A program made the translations under genes and the position numbers. Below, piece after piece: positions 26,964-37,523 of a DNA stretch of 64,000 nt. The stretch spans positions 662-64,661 of the forward strand of contig DATKGU010000003.1 of assembly GCA_035510635.1 (NCBI GenBank), read 5' to 3'. Every line of letters begins with the position of its first letter. Positions within the stretch are counted from its first letter, which is position 1. The stretch is from Minisyncoccota bacterium. GTDB lineage: Bacteria; Patescibacteriota; Minisyncoccia; Phycocordibacterales; SBAW01. Under the pieces are notes generated by a model. That model was not told the DNA's origin, ran no database searches, and saw nothing but the letters and a program-made list of their open reading frames with translations.

Positions 26964-27672
26964 ACATCGGAGCCGTTTTTGGATTGTTCTTTTTTTTGCT
27001 GCGTGCGTCGTGGTGCTTGCAGTGCTGCTGCGTAACAACATGAGCAATTTTTTTTGGAACGCCGCCTCTCCGGTAATGGCGTTTCGTAATTCGCTTGATA
27101 CAAACGAGGTAAGCACTTTGCGCGCCGAGCTTGCGTCTACCACGGCGGCTCTTGCCGATCGCAACGCACTGTATGCAGAAAATATCAATCTTAAACAACT
27201 GCTCGGTCGCACGGTCTCCAATCACAGCGTGCTCGCCGCCGTGCTTCAAAAACCGCCGAGCATACCGTATGACACGCTTATTATAGACATTGGCAGGCAA
27301 GACAATGTAGCGCCGGGCGATTTGGTGTTTGCAGGTGGAACATTGGCAATAGGCACCGTGAGCGAAGTGTATGACACCACCTCGCGTGTGACGCTTCTCT
27401 CGAGCCCCGGCGAAACATATGACGCGCTCCTCAACGGCAGCGTGCCCGTATCTCTCACCGGGCAGGGTGACGGCTCGATGTCTGGCGAAGTGCCGGCCGG
27501 CACGCCAGTTAAAGCAGGAGACTCAATTGTGTTGCCCGGCATCGGCTCGTCGTTTGTTGGATCCGTGTCTCATGTCAGCGAGGAAGCGGGGTCATCGTTT
27601 ATAACATTGTATGTGCAGCTTCCCGTCAATTTATTTTCGTTGCAATATATAGAGGTACAAACCAATCCATGA
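26944..27672 (+). CDS. mreC: Rod shape protein MreC
   Basis: TM helix, coiled coil, LIIDIGRQDNVAPGD; synteny. Confidence 0.88.
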   Translation: MTTISPKHRSRFWIVLFFAACVVVLAVLLRNNMSNFFWNAASPVMAFRNSLDTNEVSTLRAELASTTAALADRNALYAENINLKQLLGRTVSNHSVLAAVLQKPPSIPYDTLIIDIGRQDNVAPGDLVFAGGTLAIGTVSEVYDTTSRVTLLSSPGETYDALLNGSVPVSLTGQGDGSMSGEVPAGTPVKAGDSIVLPGIGSSFVGSVSHVSEEAGSSFITLYVQLPVNLFSLQYIEVQTNP

Positions 27673-27959
27673 ACAACGAAGTAAGGTGGTGGATATCGGC
27701 AGGATCTTTTGCGCTTGCGGCGGCCGGTTTTTTGCTTCCGTTTTGGCCGCTCTCGGTGCTCGGCATCGCACTCGCGGCATTTACCGGCCGATGGATGTTG
27801 GCAATTGTATTTGGACTCCTTCTCGATATCGCCTACGGCGCGCCGGTGGGCCGTTGGCAGGTGTTGTATATTCCTTTTACGCTCACCGCCCTCGTGTGTG
27901 TGTTAGGGCGCGCTATCGCTTCACGCTACATGCGTAAAAAATATCAAGACACCCTATAG
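27669..27959 (+). CDS. Small membrane protein, MreD-like by position
   Basis: Hydrophobic, GLLLDI motif, between mreC and pbp2. Confidence 0.6.
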   Translation: MNNEVRWWISAGSFALAAAGFLLPFWPLSVLGIALAAFTGRWMLAIVFGLLLDIAYGAPVGRWQVLYIPFTLTALVCVLGRAIASRYMRKKYQDTL

Positions 27960-27983
27960 GGGTGTTTTTGTTATACTGCGCGT

Positions 27984-29666
27984 ATGTTTCCTAGCCGATT
28001 TCGGAGGCGTAAAAAAATAACAACGCAGATAGAGCCGGATGAAATTCTCATCGACTCGCAAAATGTGGCCCACTTTGACCGCGACCAATTTGAAGGGCGC
28101 ATTGAGCAGCCGCTCGGCCAGCGTTCTTTTTGGCTTATCGGAGCAATTGTCGGGATATCTTTTATCTGGCTCATGGTGCGCGCCGGCGACCTAGAGCTCA
28201 TGCACGGAGTAGCGTATGCAAAACAGGCCGAGGACAACCAATTGAGCCAGCAAACAATTGTTGCCGACCGCGGTGTCATTGTCGATCGAAACGGCGTGCC
28301 GCTTGCGTACAATGTGCGCGAGTCGGTTACCGATGAGTTTGCCAAGCGCGTGTACTCGTCACTGCGCGGGGTGTCGCTTGTGGTGGGGTACGTAAAGCCA
28401 CCGGCTAAGGACTCAAGCGGCACCTATTATCGCGACGTATTTCTGGGCATGGACGGTGTCGAAGCGGCGTACAATGTAGAGCTTGCCGGTACTAACGGCA
28501 GCAAGTTGTCTGAAACCGATGCACACGGCAACGTCGTGTCGGAAAGTATACAAAATGAGCCGGTGCCGGGTCAAAAAATAACCCTCTCGCTTGATGCAAA
28601 TGTTACGCAAGGCCTCTACGACACGCTTGCCAAGACAGCTGAGCAGTCGGGCTTCCAGGGCGGCGCAGGTGTCATTATGGATGTACAAACCGGTGAGCTC
28701 TTGGCCATGACCAGCTATCCGGAGTACTCCTCGCAGGCGCTTACCGATGGCGACACAGCCGCCATCGATGCGTTTAATAACGATCCAAAATTGCCGTTTT
28801 TGAACCGTGCGGTAGACGGTCTCTATTCGCCGGGTTCGATTGTTAAACCCATCATGGCGATGGCGGGGTTAACTGAGGGCGTCATAACTCCAACTACACA
28901 AATTCTCTCGACCGGCTCAATCAGCGTTCCCAATCCTTACGACAAAGCGCACCCAAGCATATTTAAAGATTGGCGCGTGAATGGCCTTATGACCGTGCGT
29001 GATGCGCTGGCTGTTTCTTCCGATGTATTTTTTTACGAAGTGGGCGGCGGATATCAAAACCAGCCGGGCATCGGCATCAATAACATAGATAAATATTTAA
29101 GCATGTTTGGTTTTGGGGCTCCGGCAGGATTGGCGGGATTTACTGAACCATCCGGCACTATTTCGAGCATTGCGTGGAAGGCGGCAAACTTTCCGGGCGA
29201 CCCCTGGCGTCTTGGCGACACGTACCACACGGCGATCGGACAATACGGCACGCAAATTACGCCGCTCCAAGCAGTGCGCGAGGCGGCGGCGATTGCCAAT
29301 AGCGGCAAGTTGCTTACACCAACACTCATTGCAAGTTCGAGCCCTCAGTTTACGCAACTTAGTTTGCCGGAACAAAACTTTGAGGTGGTACGCGAGGGCA
29401 TGCGAGAGGGTGTGGTGAGCGGCATTTCGGGAGCGGTCAAGTTTGACTTTGTCCATGTGGCCGCAAAAACCGGCACCGCGCAAGTGGGCCTTCAAAACCA
29501 GTATCAAAATTCGTGGATGATAGGTTTTTGGCCGTACGAAAATCCTAAGTATGCATTTGCCATGGTGATGGAGAAGGGCCCTGCAGGCACGGAAATAGAA
29601 TCGCCTTCGGCCATGGGTATTTTCTTGCAATGGATGGAAGTTAATGACCCGCAATATTTGCAGTAG
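27984..29666 (+). CDS. mrdA: Penicillin-binding protein 2 (class B)
   Basis: SIVK (SxxK), SSD, KTGT. Confidence 0.9.
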   Translation: MFPSRFRRRKKITTQIEPDEILIDSQNVAHFDRDQFEGRIEQPLGQRSFWLIGAIVGISFIWLMVRAGDLELMHGVAYAKQAEDNQLSQQTIVADRGVIVDRNGVPLAYNVRESVTDEFAKRVYSSLRGVSLVVGYVKPPAKDSSGTYYRDVFLGMDGVEAAYNVELAGTNGSKLSETDAHGNVVSESIQNEPVPGQKITLSLDANVTQGLYDTLAKTAEQSGFQGGAGVIMDVQTGELLAMTSYPEYSSQALTDGDTAAIDAFNNDPKLPFLNRAVDGLYSPGSIVKPIMAMAGLTEGVITPTTQILSTGSISVPNPYDKAHPSIFKDWRVNGLMTVRDALAVSSDVFFYEVGGGYQNQPGIGINNIDKYLSMFGFGAPAGLAGFTEPSGTISSIAWKAANFPGDPWRLGDTYHTAIGQYGTQITPLQAVREAAAIANSGKLLTPTLIASSSPQFTQLSLPEQNFEVVREGMREGVVSGISGAVKFDFVHVAAKTGTAQVGLQNQYQNSWMIGFWPYENPKYAFAMVMEKGPAGTEIESPSAMGIFLQWMEVNDPQYLQ

Positions 29667-29719
29667 ATTTTCCGCTTATCTTGACTTTAGCGTATTTTTG
29701 TATACACTGATTGTTCACT

Positions 29720-30184
29720 ATGCCAAAAGAAGAATTCATTTCGCAGGAAAAATTTGAAGAACTAACAAAGGAGCTCGACCTGCTACGCACCACCCGTCGG
29801 AAGGAGGTGGCGGAGCAGCTTGAGTATGCCCGCTCGCTTGGTGATCTCTCGGAAAACGCCGAGTACCAAGAGGCGCGCGAGATGCAAGCGGCTGTCGAGG
29901 AGCGCGTGCAAAAGCTCGAGTCAATATTAAAAAACGCTAAAATCGTGCGCGCTGGTAAAAGCGACATTGTGGGCATGGGCACAAGCGTGCAGGTTACCAA
30001 AATAGGCTCAACCGACAAGCATAGCTACACAATCGTAGGCGCCGAAGAGGCCAATATTATCGAAGGCAAGGTCTCATACCATTCGCCGCTTGGGAGCGCC
30101 TTGATGGGCAAGAAAAAAGGGGACGAGTTTTCCTTTCACACGCCGCAGGGCACCCTCAAATATAAAATCCTCAAAGTAGAGTAG
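29720..30184 (+). CDS. greA: Transcription elongation factor GreA
   Basis: GDLSENAEY, SPLGSAL. Confidence 0.97.
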   Translation: MPKEEFISQEKFEELTKELDLLRTTRRKEVAEQLEYARSLGDLSENAEYQEAREMQAAVEERVQKLESILKNAKIVRAGKSDIVGMGTSVQVTKIGSTDKHSYTIVGAEEANIIEGKVSYHSPLGSALMGKKKGDEFSFHTPQGTLKYKILKVE

Positions 30185-30187
30185 TAC

Positions 30188-30214
30188 AAAAGCCCCTCGC
30201 AAAAGGGGCTTTTT
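30188..30214 (+). terminator. Intrinsic terminator
   Basis: AAAAGCCCCT-CGCAAA-AGGGGCTTTTT. Confidence 0.8.
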
Positions 30215-30230
30215 ACGTTACAATAGGCAC

Positions 30231-31694
30231 ATGGCTAATGATGAAGTCCGCACAGAGCGATTAAAAAAACTCGCGCGTTTAACAGCCGCTGGTCTGTCAG
30301 CCTATCCTGCCACCTCAAAACGCAGTATTTCTATTGCCGAATATCTAAAAGATTTTGATGGATATATAGAGAACAGTAAAAAAGAAACACTTGTCGGCCG
30401 CATACTTTCCATCCGCGGGCAGGGAGGTATTACATTTATGGATGTGTTTGACGGCACTGCCAGGATGCAATTTGTTTTAGAAAAAAATGAAATAGGTGAA
30501 GAACAATTTAACTTGTTTCAAGAAGTTATCGACCAGGGAGATTTTATTGAAGCGGAAGGCGGCGCGTATCTTACCAAAAGGGGAGAGAAGTCGCTCAAGA
30601 TTACGTCATGGAGAATGCTCTCAAAATCGCTCACGACATTGCCAGACGAATGGTATGGATTGCAAGACCCAGAGCTCAAACTTCGCCAACGTTATATTGA
30701 CCTTTTGCTTGATGAAGAATTACGCGCAGTATTTATCCGTCGTGCAAATTTTTGGCATGCCATACGCAGTTTTTTGCTCAAGCAGGGATTTTTAGAGGTA
30801 GAAACTCCTGTACTCGAAAACTCTCCCGGCGGTGCCGATGCACGGCCGTTTGTGACGCACCATAATGCACTTGATATCGATGTATATCTTCGCATCTCGG
30901 CCGGCGAACTTTGGCAGAAGCGTCTTTTAATTGCGGGGTTCCCTAAAGTATTTGAAATTGGACGCATTTTCCGCAACGAGGGGCAGTCGCGCGAACATCT
31001 GCAAGATTATACGCAGTTGGAAACCTACGAAGCATATAGCGACATGCACAAAGGCATGGAGTTTATTAAAGACCTTTATAGGCATATTGCTAAAGAGGTA
31101 TATGGTAAATCAACATTCTCTATCAACGGTCAGAACATCGATTTGGCAGCTGAGTGGGACAAGATAGATTTTTGTAACATAATAGAAGAACGGTTTGGTA
31201 TTAATCCAATCACTTGCAGTGAAGAAGAGGCAATAGCGGCGGTACACAACAATGACATCAAAGTAGGGGAAACACTTAATAAAGCTCGAGCCGTCGATCA
31301 TCTCTGGAAGGCAGTGCGCAAAACCATCTCAGGGCCCGCTTTTCTTATCAATGTGCCCGCTTACCTTGAGCCTCTTGCCAAACGCAGTGCCGACAATCCC
31401 CACGTTGTAGAACGTTTTCAGGTAATTTTGGCAGGTTCTGAAATAGGTAAGGGTTTTAGCGAGCTTAATGATCCACAAGACCAGCGTGCTCGTTTTGAGG
31501 AGCAGCAAAAACTCCGTGAGCAGGGTGATGACGAAGCCCAACGTCTTGATGAGGAGTATGTAGAGGCTATGGAGTATGGCATGCCTCCGGCATTTGGTTT
31601 TGGTCTTTCGGAGCGCCTATTTGCCTTTTTAGAAGATCGTGCTGCCCGTGAGACTCAACTATTCCCACTGCTTAGGCCTAAGAATAAAGAATAA
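30231..31694 (+). CDS. lysS: Lysyl-tRNA synthetase (class II)
   Basis: GGADARPFVTHHN, FEIGRIFRNEG, YGMPP. Confidence 0.97.
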   Translation: MANDEVRTERLKKLARLTAAGLSAYPATSKRSISIAEYLKDFDGYIENSKKETLVGRILSIRGQGGITFMDVFDGTARMQFVLEKNEIGEEQFNLFQEVIDQGDFIEAEGGAYLTKRGEKSLKITSWRMLSKSLTTLPDEWYGLQDPELKLRQRYIDLLLDEELRAVFIRRANFWHAIRSFLLKQGFLEVETPVLENSPGGADARPFVTHHNALDIDVYLRISAGELWQKRLLIAGFPKVFEIGRIFRNEGQSREHLQDYTQLETYEAYSDMHKGMEFIKDLYRHIAKEVYGKSTFSINGQNIDLAAEWDKIDFCNIIEERFGINPITCSEEEAIAAVHNNDIKVGETLNKARAVDHLWKAVRKTISGPAFLINVPAYLEPLAKRSADNPHVVERFQVILAGSEIGKGFSELNDPQDQRARFEEQQKLREQGDDEAQRLDEEYVEAMEYGMPPAFGFGLSERLFAFLEDRAARETQLFPLLRPKNKE

Positions 31695-31752
31695 AAATGT
31701 TTATATAAAAAAGAATTAGGCCGGCGCTGGGTAAGCGCCGGCCTTGATTGCG

Positions 31753-31935
31753 TTACGTCGGGCAAGCTATGGGCCCGAAACGTTCGATGAGCATATAGAG
31801 GACAGCAGCGACGGAGATAAATGCCAGCGCAATGTTTCGCGCTTCTTTGACAATGTCCCGTTTCGGGGACAAGGGGGTTTCTCTCATTCCCTCGTAGGCT
31901 GCAGTTCCTTTATTCCCGCTGAAGAACGATAACAC
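31753..31935 (-). CDS. Small hypothetical membrane protein
   Basis: 60-aa ORF with one TM segment; GC hairpin immediately downstream. Confidence 0.4.
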   Translation of the reverse strand: MLSFFSGNKGTAAYEGMRETPLSPKRDIVKEARNIALAFISVAAVLYMLIERFGPIACPT

Positions 31936-32072
31936 GGTGGCCTCTTTTGTTAGAGATGGCCATTCCTCGTGTCCTATTCGTCGAACTCTTCCCGCTTCAA
32001 ATAGTAATCTACAACAGCGTTTTTGTCAAGTGGCTATACGGGCAACTACAAATAGCTTTAAGCAACAGCAAA

Positions 32073-32138
32073 GTGGGGTAATCCACAGTTTTGTGGGGCA
32101 AAGTGCTATGCAGTGGGAGCTAAGTGGGATAGAGTGGT
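32073..32138 (+). promoter_or_regulatory. MraZ-binding direct repeats
   Basis: GTGGG-like boxes at 32073, 32093, 32103, 32113, 32124, 32134 (~10-bp phasing) upstream of mraZ. Confidence 0.8.
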
Positions 32139-32142
32139 AAGT

Positions 32143-32577
32143 ATGCTGATTGGTGAATATCTCCACACACTCGATAGCAAAAAACGCCTCTCACTGCCGG
32201 CAAAGTTTCGCAAAGAGGTGGGTCGTAAAGTAGTAATCACACGAGGCCTCGACTCATGCCTTTTTATGTTTCCGCTCGCGGCATGGAAGGAGATTGTCGC
32301 CAAACTGCATAACCTTCCGATGGGAGGTGCGGACACGCGCGGCATGAGCCGCTTTATTCTTGCAGGAGCAGTCGAGACCGATGTCGATGCGGCGGGGCGC
32401 ATCTTGATGCCCGACTTTTTAAAAGAGTTTGCCGACCTACGCTCGCGCGTGGTACTTGCAGGAGTCTCCGACCGCATCGAAATCTGGAACGAAAAGACCT
32501 GGGAGGAGTACAAGCGCCGGATTGAAAAAGGCGCCGACCAGATGGCGCAGACGTTGGGCGATTTAGGCATTTTGTAA
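32143..32577 (+). CDS. mraZ: Division/cell-wall cluster regulator MraZ
   Basis: HTLDSKKRLSLPAKFR, DAAGRILMP, IEIWN. Confidence 0.97.
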   Translation: MLIGEYLHTLDSKKRLSLPAKFRKEVGRKVVITRGLDSCLFMFPLAAWKEIVAKLHNLPMGGADTRGMSRFILAGAVETDVDAAGRILMPDFLKEFADLRSRVVLAGVSDRIEIWNEKTWEEYKRRIEKGADQMAQTLGDLGIL

Positions 32578-32578
32578 C

Positions 32579-33619
32579 ATGAAAAGCACACCGACATTAG
32601 CTACTGTTCGTGCCGAGCACCGTCTCTCTCGAGAGGAGGATGGTCATCCGCGCGAGCAGCAGCAAGTGCCGGAACAATCAAGCAGAAGGGCACCTTCTGC
32701 ATCAGATGCAGAAGGTGCCCTTCTGCCGCGCAAGCATGTGAGTGTGATGCTCAAGGAAGTGCTTGAGCAATTAGACATACACAAAGGCGAGTTGGTAGTT
32801 GATGCCACCGCAGGGAGCGGCGGCCACAGCGAGGCAGCGCTCAAGGCCGGTGCGCGTCTCCTGGCGCTTGATGCCGACCTCTCGGCAGTGGAGCGTACGC
32901 GCGAGCGTCTCGCGCCTTATGGCGCACGCGCCGAGGTCGTGGAGGCCAATTTTAAAGATTTAAGAAAGGTGCTCAAACACGCGGGCCTCGATACGCTTGA
33001 TAAAGCTATATTTGATTTGGGATGGAACCGCGAGCAGCTCGCGGCAGGCAAAGGATTTTCATTTTTAGTTGATGAGCCGCTCAACATGAGCTATGGCGCA
33101 AAACCGGCCTCGGGTTTTACCGCATCCGAGATAGTAAATGAGTGGAAGGAGGAGGTTATTGCCGATGTGCTTTACGGCTATGGAGAGGAAACCTATGCGC
33201 GCAGGATTGCAAAAGCGATAGTTGAGCGCCGCGAAATACGCCCTATCGAAACAACTGTTGAGCTTTCCGAAATAATAAAAGATGCGGTGCCTGCCGCGTA
33301 TCGCCATGGGCGGTTGCATCCGGCTACGCGCTCCTTTCAAGCTCTGCGCATGGCGGTCAACGCAGAGATTGCGTGCATTGAGTCGGGAGTAGCCGCTGCA
33401 TGGGAGCACTTGAGAGAGGGCGGCCGCATTGCGGTCATTACCTTCCACAGCATCGAGGACCGCGCAGTTAAAAGACTTTTTTTGTCGTACGCAAAAAACG
33501 GCGGTCGATTAGTAGTGAAGAAGCCACTTACGCCGAGCCGAGAGGAAATTACCCAAAATCCTTCCGCGCGAAGCGCAAAACTCCGGGTTATAGAAAAATC
33601 GTATGAAAAGGATAACTAA
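32579..33619 (+). CDS. rsmH: 16S rRNA m4C1402 methyltransferase with ~50-aa N-terminal extension
   Basis: HVSVML, DATAGSGGHS, FQALRMAVN, FHSIEDR, RSAKLR. Confidence 0.96.
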   Translation: MKSTPTLATVRAEHRLSREEDGHPREQQQVPEQSSRRAPSASDAEGALLPRKHVSVMLKEVLEQLDIHKGELVVDATAGSGGHSEAALKAGARLLALDADLSAVERTRERLAPYGARAEVVEANFKDLRKVLKHAGLDTLDKAIFDLGWNREQLAAGKGFSFLVDEPLNMSYGAKPASGFTASEIVNEWKEEVIADVLYGYGEETYARRIAKAIVERREIRPIETTVELSEIIKDAVPAAYRHGRLHPATRSFQALRMAVNAEIACIESGVAAAWEHLREGGRIAVITFHSIEDRAVKRLFLSYAKNGGRLVVKKPLTPSREEITQNPSARSAKLRVIEKSYEKDN

Positions 33620-33956
33620 CCAATTAGAACGAGGAGTTGAGCAAGTAGCGGTCGTGTACCAGCCGTATCTCAACCGTGCGCTCATATTTTTAGTCGTGGT
33701 ACTTACCGTCTCCGTATTTTTATACTGTGCGTTTTTGCTTGAGGCGGTTGCCAATGCTGCCGCCAAAACTACCGCCGAGCGCAATACCGAAGCGCTTACC
33801 GAGCAATTGAGTTCTCTCGAAAACCAATATTTGGCGCTGACACAGTCGCTCACACCCGAGCGCGCTAAAGCGCTTGGATTAGTTACTCCCACAGAAGTGG
33901 CAAGCGTGTATGCGCACGGAGAAAGCGGCTCGCTTTCCTTTGGGCAAATAAAATAG
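33603..33956 (+). CDS. FtsL-like protein
   Basis: TM helix plus coiled coil between rsmH and a PBP gene. Confidence 0.6.
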   Translation: MKRITNQLERGVEQVAVVYQPYLNRALIFLVVVLTVSVFLYCAFLLEAVANAAAKTTAERNTEALTEQLSSLENQYLALTQSLTPERAKALGLVTPTEVASVYAHGESGSLSFGQIK

Positions 33957-33972
33957 AGGTTAGAATAGAATA

Positions 33973-35685
33973 ATGAATGCGCGTTTTATCGGCCGAGTGC
34001 GTGTCCTCACGGCATGCATAGTGCTTGGCGGCCTCATCATTGTGGGGAGACTGTACTTCCTTCAAATTGTGCAAGGCAAGGTATATACCGCCCGTGCCGA
34101 CGCGCAGTTTATGGAGCCGGCGAGTCCTTTACCCGACCGCGACTCAATTTATTTTACTGACAAAGACGGCAACCATATTATTGCCGCGACGCTTAAAAGC
34201 GGTTTTACGCTCGCGGTTAATCCCACAAAAGTTACCGATGCGCAGACGCTCTACGCCTCTCTCAATAACTTGATGCCGCTCGACGAAAATGACTTTTTAG
34301 CTAAGGCAACAAAGGCGGGCACGCAATACAGTGTTATTGCCGACCATCTCGACACAGCGCTGGGGGTGGAGCTTGAGCAAAAACAATTGCCCGGCGTTAT
34401 TTTGGCCGAAGACCGCTGGCGCTATTATCCGGGCGGTTCGCTTGCGGCGCAGGAAATAGGTTTTGTGGCGTACAACGGCGACGAGCAAGAGGGCCGCTAT
34501 GGGCTTGAAAAGCAATATCAAGATACACTCAATAAAACCGACGACGATTTGTACGCCAACTTTTTTGTACAGCTTTTTAGCACGGCAAAAGGAGTAATAA
34601 GCGGAGCGCCGCAGAGCGGCGATGTTATCACTACTATCGAGCCATCGGTGCAAGCCGAGCTTGAGCGCGAGCTCGTGGCGTATGACAACACCTGGCACCC
34701 GGCGAGCTCCGGCGGCATCATTATGGATCCGCAAACGGGCGCGATATATGCGATGGCTGTGTCTCCCACGTTTGATTTAAATAATTTTGGCGCACAGACC
34801 GACCCGCTTATCTTTGCAAACCCGCTGGTGCAAAACGTATATGAGATGGGCTCTATCATGAAGCCGCTCACCATGGCGGCCGGCATCGACTCCGGTGTGA
34901 TTACGGCAACCACCACCTATGATGACACCGGCTGCATCACCGTTGATACCAAAAGAATTTGCAATTACGACTATGTTGCGCGAGGCGTGATACCCATGCA
35001 GCAAATACTGAGCCAATCGCTCAATGTGGGTGCCTCGTTTATTGCAACACGCATGGGTCCTTCCATCATGAAAGATTACTTTTTAAATCATTACGACTTA
35101 GGGCAGGCAACCGGCATCGACATGCCGGAGGAGCAGGCGGGGCTGGTAAGCAATTTAAATCACAATCGCCAAGTCGACTACGACACGGCTTCGTTTGGTC
35201 AAGGCATCGCTATTACGCCTGTCGAGACGATACGAGGTCTTGCGACGCTCGCCAACGGCGGTAAGCTGGTGACGCCTCATCTTGTAAGTGCGATACAATA
35301 TGACACGGGTGTAACCAAGACGCTCAATTGGGGCACTGGCACGCAAGTGTTGAAGCCAAGCACTACCGCGGCGGTAACCAGCATGCTCACCACGGTGGTC
35401 GACACCGTGCTTGATAACGGGGCGGTTAAAATGGCCCATTACAGCATCGCAGCTAAAACAGGCACCGCGCAAATAGTTGATCCCGCAACCCAAGCGTATT
35501 ATCCGGACACCTATTTGCACAGCTATTTTGGCTATCTGCCGGCCGGGAGCAACGCGCGGTTTATTATCTTTTTGTTTGCGCTCAAGCCGGTTGGCGCACC
35601 ATACGCCTCCGAGACATGGTCGGATCCGTTTATCGACATCACACACTTTTTAGTCAATTATTATAATATTCCTCCCGACCGATAA
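33973..35685 (+). CDS. ftsI: Penicillin-binding protein, FtsI-like
   Basis: SIMK, SLN, KTGT; dcw synteny. Confidence 0.88.
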   Translation: MNARFIGRVRVLTACIVLGGLIIVGRLYFLQIVQGKVYTARADAQFMEPASPLPDRDSIYFTDKDGNHIIAATLKSGFTLAVNPTKVTDAQTLYASLNNLMPLDENDFLAKATKAGTQYSVIADHLDTALGVELEQKQLPGVILAEDRWRYYPGGSLAAQEIGFVAYNGDEQEGRYGLEKQYQDTLNKTDDDLYANFFVQLFSTAKGVISGAPQSGDVITTIEPSVQAELERELVAYDNTWHPASSGGIIMDPQTGAIYAMAVSPTFDLNNFGAQTDPLIFANPLVQNVYEMGSIMKPLTMAAGIDSGVITATTTYDDTGCITVDTKRICNYDYVARGVIPMQQILSQSLNVGASFIATRMGPSIMKDYFLNHYDLGQATGIDMPEEQAGLVSNLNHNRQVDYDTASFGQGIAITPVETIRGLATLANGGKLVTPHLVSAIQYDTGVTKTLNWGTGTQVLKPSTTAAVTSMLTTVVDTVLDNGAVKMAHYSIAAKTGTAQIVDPATQAYYPDTYLHSYFGYLPAGSNARFIIFLFALKPVGAPYASETWSDPFIDITHFLVNYYNIPPDR

Positions 35686-35690
35686 TCCTC

Positions 35691-37034
35691 ATGCGCACTG
35701 CGTTTAAAAAAATAGTACTTTTACTCCTCACTCTTGAGGCACGCTTGGCGGTGGCGCGCTACAAGCCGCATATTATTGCCGTAACCGGCAGCGTGGGCAA
35801 AACCTCCACCAAAGATGCCATCTATGAGGTGGTGGCCGAGGGCGCCTATGTGCGCAAATCGCAAAAAAGTTTTAACAGCGAGATAGGTCTGCCGCTCACT
35901 ATCTTGGGGCGTCCTAATGCGTGGAATAATCCTTTTAAATGGATGCTTAATCTGCTCGATGGGCTTTTGCTTATAGTCCTCCGCTCGCGCTATCCGGAGT
36001 GGCTCGTGCTCGAGGTGGGAGCCGACAGGCCGGGCGATATAAAAAAGGTGGCCGCGTGGCTGCCGGTTACCATTGCGGTTATTACACGCCTCCCCGAGGT
36101 GCCGGTGCATGTGGAGTTTTTTGAATCAGCAGAGCAAGTGGTTGAAGAAAAGGCCGCGCTTATTGATGCGCTGCTGCCCGACGGCACGCTCGTGCTCTAT
36201 GCCGATGATGCGCGCGCCGAAGAGTTTAAAAAACGCGCCGCTGACAAAAAAATAATCACGTTTGGTTTTGCGCCGGGAGCCGATGTGCGCGCCGAGGATA
36301 CTGCCATTTTATTTGAGAGTGGTACCGAGCACTGGCCGATAGGGATGAGTACGCGTCTTACGATAGACGGCGTCTCGGTGCCTATTGAAGTTGAGGGAGC
36401 CATCGGCACGCATACGCTTTTGCCTGCGCTCGCGGCGGCGGCGGTTGGTGTTGCGCTCGGGAAGGCGCCGAGCGATATAGCACACGCACTTAAAAACTAC
36501 GAGCCGCCGCAAGGACGCATGCACTTAGTGCGCGGCGTTAAAGACACACTCATCATTGATGACACCTACAACTCTTCGCCGGCGGCGGTTGTTGCCGCAC
36601 TTGATGCTTTAAAGATGATTGGGCGCGCCGGCCAAAGCGCCGGCATCCCTCCAGGCCGGCGAATCGCCGTTCTGGGGGACATGCTTGAGCTTGGCCGCCA
36701 GTCGGTTGAGGAACACCGTAAAATTGGTGCCGAAGTGGCAACTCGCGCGAGCGACGGCGGCACTGTCGATATGCTTATCACCGTTGGATTTCGCGCGCGC
36801 GACATAGCCGAGGCCGCGCTCGATGGTGGCCTTGCTGAGAATGTAATTTTGCAATATGAGGATTCACAAAAAGCGGGGGAGGAGCTTGCCGCGTTGCTCC
36901 AAAGTGGCGACTGCGTGTTGGTTAAAGGCTCGCAGAGCATGCGCATGGAGCGCGCAGTTAAAGAGATGATGGCCGAGCCGGAGCTCGCAGGAGAACTGTT
37001 GGTGCGCCAAGACGAGGAGTGGATAAAAAGATAA
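35691..37034 (+). CDS. murF: UDP-MurNAc-tripeptide D-Ala-D-Ala ligase
   Basis: VTGSVGKTSTK, DDTYNSSP, LGDMLELG, LVKGS. Confidence 0.94.
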   Translation: MRTAFKKIVLLLLTLEARLAVARYKPHIIAVTGSVGKTSTKDAIYEVVAEGAYVRKSQKSFNSEIGLPLTILGRPNAWNNPFKWMLNLLDGLLLIVLRSRYPEWLVLEVGADRPGDIKKVAAWLPVTIAVITRLPEVPVHVEFFESAEQVVEEKAALIDALLPDGTLVLYADDARAEEFKKRAADKKIITFGFAPGADVRAEDTAILFESGTEHWPIGMSTRLTIDGVSVPIEVEGAIGTHTLLPALAAAAVGVALGKAPSDIAHALKNYEPPQGRMHLVRGVKDTLIIDDTYNSSPAAVVAALDALKMIGRAGQSAGIPPGRRIAVLGDMLELGRQSVEEHRKIGAEVATRASDGGTVDMLITVGFRARDIAEAALDGGLAENVILQYEDSQKAGEELAALLQSGDCVLVKGSQSMRMERAVKEMMAEPELAGELLVRQDEEWIKR

Positions 37035-37104
37035 TTTTGACAATCGACCTAATTTTACGTACAATCTAAGTTGGTACAGGGTTCTTCCTTTAAATTGCAT
37101 TCAC

Positions 37105-37428
37105 ATGTGGGGAGTGGTTGGTATGACTTTTAGTTTGCGCAGCACGCCTTGTCTCGATCAGGCCCGTATGGAAAGGGCGGAGAGAGCACGTCTGGCCGTT
37201 CTAAAGAGACAAGGTGAGCGGACGGTGGTCGCGCTGAAAGAAATAAAACAAACCGCCGCAGAGCGGTTAGAAAAGGCAAAACAATTTCCACCTGGCACGC
37301 CCGTGAGGCTAGGGAAGTGGACAGGCAAAGTTATGTCTGTCGACCGCAACACTGGTGCACTCAGTGTGCACATTCCGGGTTTCCGGGTGCAGAAACAATG
37401 TATGCCCGACTTTGTCGAGCTGGCATAA
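37105..37428 (+). CDS. Hypothetical protein (start uncertain)
   Basis: ORF preceded by TTGACA...TACAAT promoter. Confidence 0.5.
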   Translation: MWGVVGMTFSLRSTPCLDQARMERAERARLAVLKRQGERTVVALKEIKQTAAERLEKAKQFPPGTPVRLGKWTGKVMSVDRNTGALSVHIPGFRVQKQCMPDFVELA

Positions 37429-37523
37429 CAAAGCTTTTAGCGCGAGGCAAGTCCTCGCGTTCTTTCTTTTATGAGCATTTTACGGTATTGTATTTTGGTG
37501 TTTAAGTATTTGTGCGACTGCAA

